A stretch of 64,000 nt of DNA from a virus (lineage: Duplodnaviria; Heunggongvirae; Uroviricota; Caudoviricetes): IMG/VR virus record IMGVR_UViG_3300018065_000012. One strand, given 5' to 3'. The notes beneath the pieces are model-generated. The model saw only the letters and a program-made list of their open reading frames with translations, was not told the DNA's origin and did not search any database. This document shows positions 36,093 through 45,212 of this stretch, piece by piece. The first letter of the stretch is position 1; each line of letters begins with the position of its first letter. The position numbers were made by a program, and so were the translations under genes.

Positions 36093-37013
36093 ATGACCAA
36101 AATTATTGTCTACGCGGATTTCCACGTCACTGGAAAACGCCCCATCCACCGCATTGATAAATTTTCTAACAACCTGATAGCAAAGTTACTTGAGGTTTAT
36201 CAGATTGCGGATGACGCCGCAGTCGACTGCGCGCTTTTTCTGGGCGATTTTTTCAATAATCATCGCATTTTTAGTTACGAAATCCTCAATGACGTGATGG
36301 ATATTATTTGTGATGCGAGGGTGACGACTTACGCAATCATTGGGCAACACGATTTAGTTGGATACAACGAGGGCAGTTATGCTTCGTCAACGTTGAATTT
36401 TATGGAGAGACATTGCTGTCAACTTAAAACGATCCGCACTCCGACAGATGTTGGCGATGCGATTTTGTACCCTTGCCATTGCTATGATAATTTTTTGCAA
36501 GCATTCGAACGGCCTGTATCGAGAAAAAAGAAGGCAATTCTTGCCGCGCATCATCTTATCACGGATTCGAGCAAGCCTTTCAAAACGTACTTAATTCAGG
36601 ATTTTCTGCCCTGCAACTACAGCGCTGTTGTGTTTGGTGATTATCATTTAGGAATGAAACCCAGCGGTGACGACAAGACGTTAGTTTGGTCTCCCGGCGC
36701 ATTGGCGCGACTTGCGATCAACGAAAAAGGCCGTAAGGTTAAGGTAGGAATATTGACAGCAGTTCCGGGCAAGCCGGTTGAAGTTGAAGAAATCGAGTTG
36801 AAGTCTGCGCTGTCGGGAGAGGAAGTTTTCGGAACATCAATCTTAGAAGGCGTGCGAGAACAACCGGAGATGGTAGACGCATCAGGATTCGTCCAACGGA
36901 TTCGCGAACTCGAAGCCGAATCTACTGACGTCTTTGATATGATTGAAAAGGCAGCAAAGCAAAAGGGCATCCGGAAGGAAGTTATTGACTATATTTTGAA
37001 AAAAAGAGCATAA
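36093..37013 (+). CDS. Mre11/SbcD-like calcineurin-fold nuclease
   Basis: Phosphoesterase motifs YADFH (I), LGDFFNNH (II), IGQHD (III), AAHH (IV), VFGDYH (V). Confidence 0.75.
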   Translation: MTKIIVYADFHVTGKRPIHRIDKFSNNLIAKLLEVYQIADDAAVDCALFLGDFFNNHRIFSYEILNDVMDIICDARVTTYAIIGQHDLVGYNEGSYASSTLNFMERHCCQLKTIRTPTDVGDAILYPCHCYDNFLQAFERPVSRKKKAILAAHHLITDSSKPFKTYLIQDFLPCNYSAVVFGDYHLGMKPSGDDKTLVWSPGALARLAINEKGRKVKVGILTAVPGKPVEVEEIELKSALSGEEVFGTSILEGVREQPEMVDASGFVQRIRELEAESTDVFDMIEKAAKQKGIRKEVIDYILKKRA

Positions 37014-37026
37014 ATGCTTTCAGCGG

Positions 37027-37036
37027 GTTGTATAGT
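37027..37036 (+). promoter_or_regulatory. Promoter-like motif variant GTTGTATAGT, copy 4
   Basis: Sequence tttCAGCGgGTTGTATAGTtaaaag. It shares the CAGCG prefix with copy 8. Confidence 0.35.
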
Positions 37037-37074
37037 TAAAAGTTATCAAACGTCTTTCGTTCAGGAGGTACAAA

Positions 37075-38253
37075 ATGCCAGAAGATGAATTTGCTGAGAT
37101 TGCCGAAGAAGTAGTGCAGACAACGACAGCTCCGAGGAAAGCAAAGAAAGCAGAAAAAAAGGAGGAAAAATCCCGTAAGAAACCAAAAGGTTCAAAACCC
37201 CCGAAAGAACGCAAACCGAAGGCAACTAAGCGGGAAAAGCTTATCAAAAACGTCCTGAAGAACGCCAAGGTTCAAAGCATTCCGACTGTCGACGAGTTGT
37301 TCAGCAAGCGTTCGGGTGATAAAATGAAGATCAAGAAAATTGCCGTTTTCTTGAGCAACAAACCGGGCGATGAAATTCTCGACGAGTTGGCGGAACAGCT
37401 TTCCATTCCAAACACGGTCAATCTTTCAACAGAAGTTGATCTCAAGCAAGTAAAGAAAGTAGGCATCCAGATTCTTGAAGCGGGAAAAGTTTGGATGTCC
37501 ATTGAAGTTGCAAAGCTGAAGGACGGTTCGAAGAATCACGAATGCTGGTCTGGCCGTCATCGTCTTGCTTTTCTTGCTCTCCTTTATGGACCCGATGCGG
37601 AAATCCCGGTCGAAATTTGCTCTATGACAACTCAAGAAGCCAGAGACGCTGTCGTTTACGCAAACAGCAGTCGCAAGGTGCTTGGACTTGAACAGGCAGA
37701 ACATTGCGCAATGAAAGCAACAGAAGGTGCGCCAATGGAAGACATTGAGCGTGATGAGTTGTACGCGAAGATGGCAAGGGCGAAAAAGGGAGCCGTCGAT
37801 TTCGGATTGATCACATTGATGGATTTGAAAGTCAAGGGATTGAAACTGAAATTTGATATTTCAAAATCTGCAAGCCGTGCCGAAGGTAATTGTTTGACCA
37901 CGGTGAAAAACATTCGGGGATTTATCAACACTGCAATGGAAGAGTGGACGAAGACGACAACGCGGAAAGAGTATGATGAAACGCTTTCGGAAGCTGTGGC
38001 GTATCTTAATGCAATTGTTGAAGCGCTTAAGACGCTTGAAGGGTTTGATCCTACTCAGCAATTGGCGGCAAAGCCGCTTTCCGCGCTTGGAAAACTGTTC
38101 AACAAATTTGGCGCTTCCAGCGCAAAGCCGCACGAATATGGCGAGATGATTGCGGAAATCTTGATTGGTCTTGGCCAAATCGGGAGACACAAAGCAGGCG
38201 AAACGTTGAAGCAGTTGGTCCAAAAGCTCAAAGAGGCCACCACTAAAGAATAG
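37075..38253 (+). CDS. ParB-like nuclease-domain protein with Lys-rich N-terminus (paralog A)
   Basis: ECWSGRHRLAFLALLYGPDAEIPVE contains the ParB GxRRxxA-like motif. It is clearly paralogous to the 53122..54618 protein. Confidence 0.45.
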   Translation: MPEDEFAEIAEEVVQTTTAPRKAKKAEKKEEKSRKKPKGSKPPKERKPKATKREKLIKNVLKNAKVQSIPTVDELFSKRSGDKMKIKKIAVFLSNKPGDEILDELAEQLSIPNTVNLSTEVDLKQVKKVGIQILEAGKVWMSIEVAKLKDGSKNHECWSGRHRLAFLALLYGPDAEIPVEICSMTTQEARDAVVYANSSRKVLGLEQAEHCAMKATEGAPMEDIERDELYAKMARAKKGAVDFGLITLMDLKVKGLKLKFDISKSASRAEGNCLTTVKNIRGFINTAMEEWTKTTTRKEYDETLSEAVAYLNAIVEALKTLEGFDPTQQLAAKPLSALGKLFNKFGASSAKPHEYGEMIAEILIGLGQIGRHKAGETLKQLVQKLKEATTKE

Positions 38254-38267
38254 TAACTGAAGGGGAT

Positions 38268-38295
38268 GGCGGGGGAGCGTCAAAACTCCCCCGCC
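38268..38295 (+). other. GC-rich hairpin (10-bp perfect stem) without a U-tract; candidate RNA structure or factor-dependent terminator
   Basis: Arms ggcgggggag and ctcccccgcc around the loop cgtcaaaa, 15 nt before the start of the next gene. Confidence 0.4.
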
Positions 38296-38310
38296 ATTAG
38301 GTAGGTTAAG

Positions 38311-39276
38311 ATGATCCGTGGTTACGATGAGCGCACCGGACACACTTTTACATTCCGTGATAAAAAACCTGTTTATGAAGGGCGGCAAAAAAACCTTGAA
38401 GACAAACAGCCATGTCCTTGGTTTGAAGCAGAAATGCTTGCAACGCGGATGACGTGTACTTTTCCTTGTGAACCACTGTACGTTTTCCTTTCGGATGAGT
38501 GTTACAAAGTTTTTCATTGGTCTGGAAAATACGTTTACGAAAAGGCCACCCCACCAAAAAACTTGGAGTATGTTGCTTTTGTTAAAAAGCCAAAGCCTGA
38601 CGTTTTGGATCGCTATCCAAACGCAAAAGCTTATGCGTTGAACATCGGCGACGCTCATGATGCTCTTGGTTTTTTGTTCTACAAGGTTTTGCGCAAGCAT
38701 CCCACAACTGTTCCAAAACATTATTGGTTTCTCAAACCATTTGAACATCGAAATCCGTATGGTTTCGGATATGAACGTTTGTTGCAAGGAGATGCAGCCG
38801 GGAAAATTGCTCACTGTTGCGCTACCGGAACGCCAGCATTGAACCGGAGATATTCTGTTGTCAGGGACAATGGATTTGATGGGAATTTTTTACTTCCTGA
38901 ATATGCAGGGAAAGACACGATTTGTTTGGTTGAAGCGCAGAACGTTGAAACACTTTTACCACGGCTGTCTATTTCTTGGCGATATGCGGCTATGTGTAGC
39001 CCAATGAGAATTGATAATGAAGAACCTTTTGAGAAGGCAACAGGAATTGATTCAAAACGCATAACGCTTCGGGTCGTCAGCGCCAACGATAGCGAAGATA
39101 TAACGGCATTTATGCAGTTTTGGAACATAATCACAGGTGGGAAATTGGTTGCTTTTTCTCATAAACAATACCTTCCTAAATTGTATAATAGGATGGCGCT
39201 GTTTCACTATTTTGATTATTGCGTAATTGAGGGAAAAAATGCAATTGGCAATGTTATACGAGAAGCATGGTGTTGA
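38311..39276 (+). CDS. Hypothetical protein (321 aa)
   Basis: Protein-like composition. Its 3' end contains promoter copy 5 for dnaE. Confidence 0.45.
   Translation: MIRGYDERTGHTFTFRDKKPVYEGRQKNLEDKQPCPWFEAEMLATRMTCTFPCEPLYVFLSDECYKVFHWSGKYVYEKATPPKNLEYVAFVKKPKPDVLDRYPNAKAYALNIGDAHDALGFLFYKVLRKHPTTVPKHYWFLKPFEHRNPYGFGYERLLQGDAAGKIAHCCATGTPALNRRYSVVRDNGFDGNFLLPEYAGKDTICLVEAQNVETLLPRLSISWRYAAMCSPMRIDNEEPFEKATGIDSKRITLRVVSANDSEDITAFMQFWNIITGGKLVAFSHKQYLPKLYNRMALFHYFDYCVIEGKNAIGNVIREAWC
39180..39189 (+). promoter_or_regulatory. Promoter-like motif ATTGTATAAT, copy 5 (inside the 3' end of the upstream CDS, upstream of dnaE)
   Basis: Sequence cctaaATTGTATAATagg, 50 nt upstream of the dnaE ATG. 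SD gaggga at 39229-39234. Confidence 0.35.
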
Positions 39277-42200
39277 GGACAAGTTAAAAGGCGGGAAGAA
39301 AATCCTTTTAGTTTGTCCAGAAAAAGGCTATGATATTTCCAGCGCCATTGACGAATTTTTGTTCGATGAAACGCAATATGAAATTACTTGGCCCAAGTCA
39401 AAAGATTCAACGGTTGCCTATGATATTTTGATGGAAGAGTGTAAATTCAGCGGGGCTGAATTGATCCTTCAGTTGAATTGCAAGTTTACCAAGAAGCTTT
39501 CTTGGTGCAAAGCAGATGGAAGTTGTAGTCCGGGTTTGACGGAAAAGATCAATAGAGTCCGTGGGCAGCTGTTTGTGAACCTTCACCATCATGATGAATT
39601 TTCGATTCGAGACGGTCTTGGGAAAATTGAAGATTTGGTAAAGCTTCTTCAAAGCCGCGATCAGACTATTTGTGCTGTAACTAATCATGGCGCAATTGGT
39701 GGGTGGATTAAACAATATAATCAATGTCGAAAAGCAGGCATTAAACCGCTGTTCGGAATTGAGGCGTATATAAACAATTATCGCGGTGATGATCCAGAGG
39801 AAAGAAAACTCCACCGGAGCAACTTTCATTTGGTGATGTTGGCGCGGAATCTTGAAGGCTTTTACAACATCATCAAGATTCATAACGAAGCACAACTGAA
39901 TGGCTTTTATTATAGGCCACGGTGTAATCATAAAACAATAACTGAAAACGGCAAGGGGATTATAGGGACTTCTGCTTGCTTTTCTGGGGAGATTCCTCAA
40001 GCACTTTTGAAAGATGATTTCGCAAAGGCAAAAGAAATTTATGAGCTTTACAAGGAAGCATTTGATGAATTTTATATTGAATTGACGATGATTGAATGGG
40101 ATGATCAGGTTGAAATGAACCGTAAACTCATTCAATTTGCAAAGCAAGTCGGAGCGCCATTGATTGTAACCTTGGATAGTCATTACCTGTATCCAGAGTT
40201 TGCAGACACGCACGATATTCTTTTGTTAATCAGGGATGGCAAAACGGTTTTGGACAAGGTTGAAAAGCCAGAGGAGGTTTGGCAGTTTGACGTTCGCAAT
40301 TTGTATTACCGAGAAGAAAAAGACGTGTGGCAACTTTGGGAAGAGAAATACAAGGATGCGGTTTTTACGAAAGATATTTTGACTGATGCGATTGAAAACA
40401 CCCGTCGGATTGCAGTAAAGATTGATAACATCAAACTGGACTCGGCGTTCAAGTTGCCAAAGCTGTATAAAAACGCAGACGAGGAGTTAAAAGCGCATGC
40501 TCGTGAGGGCTTGAAACGCCTTGCGTTGAATTCTATTCCCAAATACAATGAGCGTTTGGAATATGAGTTGGAAGTTATTACCAAACTTGGTTTTGCTGGC
40601 TATTTTCTCGTCGTTGAAAAAATTGTCAAAGACACCAAAGAAAAGTTTGGAGAATGGTCTGTAGGTTACGGGCGTGGCTCTGCGGGAGGTAGCTTAGTTT
40701 CTTATGCTCTGAACGTTACAGACCTTGATCCAATCAAATATGGATTGTTGTTTGAACGCTTCCTTGATCCGGGAAGAAAAGATGATTGCCCGGATATTGA
40801 TTTGGATTTTCAGCGACACGCTCGTGAGTGGGTTAAGCAACACGTGATTGAGGAATTTGGCGAAGAGCATGTTTGCGCCATTGGAACATATCAAACATAC
40901 AAAACTGCATCTGTTATCATTGATTGCGCTCGTGCCTTGGGTTTGAACGTTTGGGAAGCGATGGAAGTTACAAAAAAGTTTCACGGTTTGACGACGTTTG
41001 AGCTTGATCAGAGTGGTGATGCTGAGGCTATGTCCGTTGACCAAATGGAATTTGAAGATTTGTTCCGGCACTATCCCGAACTGGAGCAATACTTTGAGCA
41101 ATACCCGGACGTTTATCAACACGCAATGGTTTTGCGGAATCAAGTCAAGAATATGGGAAAACACGCTGGTGGCGTTATTATCAGCGACTTGTCATTGCAA
41201 AATTACGTTCCAGTTTATCGAGACAAAGGTGGAGAAAGAGTTTCAACATGGACTGAGGGTTTGGCAACGCACGAATTATCAGCTGTAGGATTAATCAAGT
41301 TTGATTTGTTAGGGTTGAAGAATCTTGACATTATTCAAGACACAGTAAACTACATCGAAAAGACTCGTGGAAAACGGTTACGCAAACAGGATATTGATAT
41401 AAACGATAAGAAAGCTATCCGAACGAGTTCAAAGCAGGATTTGGTTGGGATTTTCCAATTTGAGAATCCGGCAACCAAGCCAATTTCGGACGCTGTTCGT
41501 ATGGAAAGCATTTTTGATATTGGTGCTGTAACGTCTTTGATTCGTCCCGGCCCACGCGACATGGGGATGGATAAACAATATTCAGAGCGCAAACATGGAA
41601 TCAAGAATTACAAATTGCTTGATTGTTTGAAATCTGTGTTGTCTGAAACTTACGGAATCATTGTTTATCAAGAACAAGTCATGAAAGTTTCGGAGCAGCT
41701 TTCTTATTTCGAGCCAGAAGAGGCAAATCGTTTCAGGAAAGTTTTGGTGAAGGAAAAGAACCCAGAAATTCTTGAAAAAATGCGCATAAAGTTTGTTCAG
41801 GGCGCACAAAAAAGAGTTCGCAACGGAGAAGTCAGCCAGCAAGAAATTGAAGATTGGTGGGAGTTGTGCAAGGCGTTTGCTGGATATGGGTTTTGCAAAG
41901 CCCACGCATTTGAATATGCTGCTGTAAGTGGTGCCGAGTTTTGGCTCAAATATTACTTCCCAACAGAGTTTTTGACGGCGCTGATGAATAACGCTTCAAC
42001 TACGGGAGGAAAAAACGCATTACCCGGTCATGTGAAGTATATCAACTATGCGCGGAAAATCGGCCTTAACGTTGAGGGGCCATCTGTAAACAAAAGCGGA
42101 AGTCAATTCCGTATCAATAGTGGAAACATCGTGTTTGCTTTAAGCCATATCAAACAAGTTGGAAAGTCTGCCGCATTGATTGAAGAAATGCAGCCGTTTT

Positions 42201-42751
42201 CAGGAGTAGATGATTTTTTCAGCCGCATTCCAAAGCGACAAGTAAACAAGCGCGTGTTTATGAGTTTGGTTGGCGCAGGAGCGTTTGATGAGTTCGGAAG
42301 CAGAAACGAAGTTCAAGAAAACTATTTCAGATTGAGGAAAGAAAAGACATATCCTGACCCGTTGACAGATGAACAGTGGCAGGAAAAAGAATCTGAAGTG
42401 CTCGGAATTTGCTTGACAAGAAAGCCAATTCTCTTACAATACAAGAGCAAGATAAAACAAAACCGTTGGAGTACTATTGGGGAAGCAAGTAATCGCGGAA
42501 CGTCTACGATGATTTTTGGGCGAATTACAAATATCATTCGGAAGACTTCCAAGAACGGAAATGAGATGCTCGTTGTTACGCTGAGCGACGATATTGATTC
42601 GATGAAGTTTTACGTCTGGAGCAGTGCTTTTATGATGTTTACGAGGCTTGTTAAAAAAGGATACATCATTGGAGCACCTTTGAAGAAATTTGAAGATGGC
42701 GATGCGCGTTATCTGGATATAGGGAAGGATATAATTGTTGTAAGCAAGTGA
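39239..42751 (+). CDS. dnaE: DNA polymerase III alpha subunit (DnaE family, N-terminal PHP domain)
   Basis: PHP motif LFVNLHHHDEFSIRDG. Polymerase core motifs GYGRGSAGGSLVSYALNVTDLDPIKYGLLFERFLDPGR and PDIDLDF. Confidence 0.9.
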   Translation: MQLAMLYEKHGVEDKLKGGKKILLVCPEKGYDISSAIDEFLFDETQYEITWPKSKDSTVAYDILMEECKFSGAELILQLNCKFTKKLSWCKADGSCSPGLTEKINRVRGQLFVNLHHHDEFSIRDGLGKIEDLVKLLQSRDQTICAVTNHGAIGGWIKQYNQCRKAGIKPLFGIEAYINNYRGDDPEERKLHRSNFHLVMLARNLEGFYNIIKIHNEAQLNGFYYRPRCNHKTITENGKGIIGTSACFSGEIPQALLKDDFAKAKEIYELYKEAFDEFYIELTMIEWDDQVEMNRKLIQFAKQVGAPLIVTLDSHYLYPEFADTHDILLLIRDGKTVLDKVEKPEEVWQFDVRNLYYREEKDVWQLWEEKYKDAVFTKDILTDAIENTRRIAVKIDNIKLDSAFKLPKLYKNADEELKAHAREGLKRLALNSIPKYNERLEYELEVITKLGFAGYFLVVEKIVKDTKEKFGEWSVGYGRGSAGGSLVSYALNVTDLDPIKYGLLFERFLDPGRKDDCPDIDLDFQRHAREWVKQHVIEEFGEEHVCAIGTYQTYKTASVIIDCARALGLNVWEAMEVTKKFHGLTTFELDQSGDAEAMSVDQMEFEDLFRHYPELEQYFEQYPDVYQHAMVLRNQVKNMGKHAGGVIISDLSLQNYVPVYRDKGGERVSTWTEGLATHELSAVGLIKFDLLGLKNLDIIQDTVNYIEKTRGKRLRKQDIDINDKKAIRTSSKQDLVGIFQFENPATKPISDAVRMESIFDIGAVTSLIRPGPRDMGMDKQYSERKHGIKNYKLLDCLKSVLSETYGIIVYQEQVMKVSEQLSYFEPEEANRFRKVLVKEKNPEILEKMRIKFVQGAQKRVRNGEVSQQEIEDWWELCKAFAGYGFCKAHAFEYAAVSGAEFWLKYYFPTEFLTALMNNASTTGGKNALPGHVKYINYARKIGLNVEGPSVNKSGSQFRINSGNIVFALSHIKQVGKSAALIEEMQPFSGVDDFFSRIPKRQVNKRVFMSLVGAGAFDEFGSRNEVQENYFRLRKEKTYPDPLTDEQWQEKESEVLGICLTRKPILLQYKSKIKQNRWSTIGEASNRGTSTMIFGRITNIIRKTSKNGNEMLVVTLSDDIDSMKFYVWSSAFMMFTRLVKKGYIIGAPLKKFEDGDARYLDIGKDIIVVSK

Positions 42752-42754
42752 TTT

Positions 42755-42916
42755 ATGGCAAAGAAAAAGAAATATTGGATTCGCTTCACTCATTACTACT
42801 GCCCTATCTGTTGCAGTATGAAAACGTATCGGGAAAGACGCTACACGCGCAAACCGAAAGGTTACTATAACAGACACGAAACGATTGAGAACTACGATTA
42901 TTGCGACGCTTGGTGA
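42755..42916 (+). CDS. Small zinc-ribbon protein (53 aa), not in the supplied ORF track
   Basis: MAKKKKYWIRFTHYYCPICCSMKTYRERRYTRKPKGYYNRHETIENYDYCDAW. Cys pair CPIC. Confidence 0.25.
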   Translation: MAKKKKYWIRFTHYYCPICCSMKTYRERRYTRKPKGYYNRHETIENYDYCDAW

Positions 42917-42950
42917 ATTATACATTCTTGAAAATCAAAGGAGCAAATAA

Positions 42951-43832
42951 ATGATTTGTTTCTATCACGGTGACTTAGATGGAAAGTGTTCTGCTGCTAT
43001 CGTTAGAAAATACAACTCAAAGACAAGATGTTTTGAGGTATCTTACGAAAAACCAATTCCATTTGATCAAATAAGGTCAGATGATGAAGTCGTTCTTGTC
43101 GACTTCACGCCTTCCGAATTAAAAGATTTCAAAAAGCTTGTCGATTCCAAACACTTGATTTGGATTGATCATCACAAAGTCAATATTGACAAGTTTCTCC
43201 CAGAGTTTGATTATGTTTCAGGAAGGCGAGGCGATACAAATCCATCAGCGGCAATGTTAACGTGGGAATATTTCTTTTCTGGTAAAGATGTCCCAATGGC
43301 AGTTCAGTACACTTCTGATTTTGACACATGGACGCATAAGTTTCCTGAAAGTAGAGTGTTTGAGGCAGGAATGTCTTCGGTAAATTCGCTTCCAAATTCA
43401 GATGTTTGGAAAAAGCTTTTGGACACAGAACGGCCTGACGCGATTGGTCAAGCGGTTGCTGGAGAAACAGAAACAGAGTTGGACGTAATTCTCAAACGGG
43501 GAAAAGTCGTTCAGGATTTCAAGAAGAACGTCAACGCAGAGTATCTTGAATCATATGGGTTTGAAGTAGAGTTTGAGGGTCATAAGGCAATTGCTTGTAA
43601 TGTTGCTCATTGCGGAAGTGATTTCTTCGAGAGCAAAGATGGCCCAAGCTATGACTTGATGATTCCATTCGTCTTCAACGGCAATGAATACATAATAAGT
43701 TTGTATTCAGAGAAGGATGACGTTGATTGCGCAGCCATTGCTAAAAAGAATGGCGGTGGCGGTCATAAGGGCGCATCAGGGTTTCAAATCAAGGAACTTC
43801 CATTCAAGAAAAAGGGAGGTATTGAAAAATGA
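42951..43832 (+). CDS. DHH-family phosphoesterase (NrnA/RecJ-like)
   Basis: DHH motifs FYHGDLDGKCSA (I), VLVDF (II), WIDHHK (III), GGGGHKGASGF (DHHA1 GGGH). Confidence 0.75.
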   Translation: MICFYHGDLDGKCSAAIVRKYNSKTRCFEVSYEKPIPFDQIRSDDEVVLVDFTPSELKDFKKLVDSKHLIWIDHHKVNIDKFLPEFDYVSGRRGDTNPSAAMLTWEYFFSGKDVPMAVQYTSDFDTWTHKFPESRVFEAGMSSVNSLPNSDVWKKLLDTERPDAIGQAVAGETETELDVILKRGKVVQDFKKNVNAEYLESYGFEVEFEGHKAIACNVAHCGSDFFESKDGPSYDLMIPFVFNGNEYIISLYSEKDDVDCAAIAKKNGGGGHKGASGFQIKELPFKKKGGIEK

Positions 43833-44179
43833 TTGAAGGATTAAACATCGGTACGTATATCAGAGTGAAGACAAAAACGTTGGAAGACAAATTTGGAACA
43901 TGTGTTTACAAAATTGAAGGCCCAGAAGAAGAAGCAGAATTAGGCGGGCAAAAAATAATCAAAGTGAAATGTGTCATGCTTGGCGGGAGCGGACCGGCTG
44001 CGCGTTCTGGTATTCCAGTTTGGGATACTTGGGAAATACTTGAACAGAATATCAAAAATGGTATTACGGAAATCATTTCAGAAGAGGAAGCAAAAAAAGC
44101 TGAAGCACATTATGCTTCTCAGAAAGACGCTTTTGATAAACAACACTCTGGAACAGGAGCGTTTGAAATCGATGTCTGA
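43829..44179 (+). CDS. Hypothetical protein (116 aa)
   Basis: ATGA overlap with the DHH gene. Confidence 0.4.
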   Translation: MIEGLNIGTYIRVKTKTLEDKFGTCVYKIEGPEEEAELGGQKIIKVKCVMLGGSGPAARSGIPVWDTWEILEQNIKNGITEIISEEEAKKAEAHYASQKDAFDKQHSGTGAFEIDV

Positions 44180-44678
44180 TGTTATCGTTGATTGCGAGAA
44201 GTGTGATAAACGTTTTCTTTGTTGTCGGCATACGTTACGGGTTCAATTGGAACCGGACGAAGTAGAGAAGTACAAATGCGAGCCAGCAATCAAAGAACGT
44301 AAAGACATTCACATTGTCGCGCATGAAAATGGATTGTGTTATTATTTCAACCCATTTACACGAAAGTGTAAGATTTGGGATCAGCGGCCAAAGACGTGTC
44401 GGGAGTATGATTGCAAAACCGATCCACGCGTCGAAGAGATTCTTGCAAAAAGTGATCTGCAACCACTTCCAACAACAGACCAAAAATATAGGGTTTGTAT
44501 TTCTGTAGCGATTCTTTTTGAAAAGGATGAACGTAAAGTTTCGCCCATGATGACTTATTCCAATCATGGTCCGACAGCAGCAGACGTAATTGAAATACGC
44601 GGCAACGGTGAACAACTTATCAAGAGTGCGAAGATGATGTTGGAACACAACCTTCGTGAACAGTTGATTATGGAGTGA
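44172..44678 (+). CDS. CxxCxxCC-type putative zinc/iron-chelating domain protein (YkgJ-like)
   Basis: DCEKCDKRFLCCRH and CYYFNPFTRKCKIWDQRPKTCREYDC match the CxxCxxCC...C-x-C family pattern. Confidence 0.55.
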   Translation: MSDVIVDCEKCDKRFLCCRHTLRVQLEPDEVEKYKCEPAIKERKDIHIVAHENGLCYYFNPFTRKCKIWDQRPKTCREYDCKTDPRVEEILAKSDLQPLPTTDQKYRVCISVAILFEKDERKVSPMMTYSNHGPTAADVIEIRGNGEQLIKSAKMMLEHNLREQLIME

Positions 44679-44681
44679 AGA

Positions 44682-45101
44682 ATGGTCGAAAAACTACCAA
44701 TGAGAACGATCAAATATGAGCGTACTTCTGAATTTGCTCAAGTTGTAGTACACAACCCGTTTACCGTTCGGGCCATTGCTGACATAATTTTGAAGCAGGG
44801 CCACGTTGAGGTAATTCCGACAGGCTTGAAGTTTTCATTGTCCGACGATTTGAGACTTCATGTCGAGAAATCGCTTGGCGATTTGACTGTTACTCTTCAT
44901 GCACTTCTTGAAAATGATGAATTGCTTCTTTTGGTTGTTGCTAAGCGTGATTGCATGATTTTGAAACAGAATAACCTCGCCATCTTGAAAATCACTCAAA
45001 CCAACCATCCCCGTTTGCGTTTCATTGAATTCAAAGAAGGGAAAAGGCAAATTTATGGTGGTTCTGAGTCGGTTTCGGATGCCTCGCCACCAAAGTCATA
45101 A
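44682..45101 (+). CDS. Hypothetical protein (139 aa)
   Basis: Co-oriented ORF upstream of the gyrB promoter region. Confidence 0.4.
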   Translation: MVEKLPMRTIKYERTSEFAQVVVHNPFTVRAIADIILKQGHVEVIPTGLKFSLSDDLRLHVEKSLGDLTVTLHALLENDELLLLVVAKRDCMILKQNNLAILKITQTNHPRLRFIEFKEGKRQIYGGSESVSDASPPKS

Positions 45102-45166
45102 CACCCTACTCAAACCGCAATAAAACTACCCTTTTTTCACTTTTCCAAGCAAAAAAACCTTCCCCG

Positions 45167-45176
45167 GTTGTATAAT
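45167..45176 (+). promoter_or_regulatory. Promoter-like motif GTTGTATAAT, copy 6 (upstream of gyrB)
   Basis: Sequence ccccgGTTGTATAATatattg. The gyrB ATG at 45213 has the SD ggagag. Confidence 0.4.
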
Positions 45177-45212
45177 ATATTGTGAAACAAGGCTGATTTG
45201 ACGGAGAGAAAA

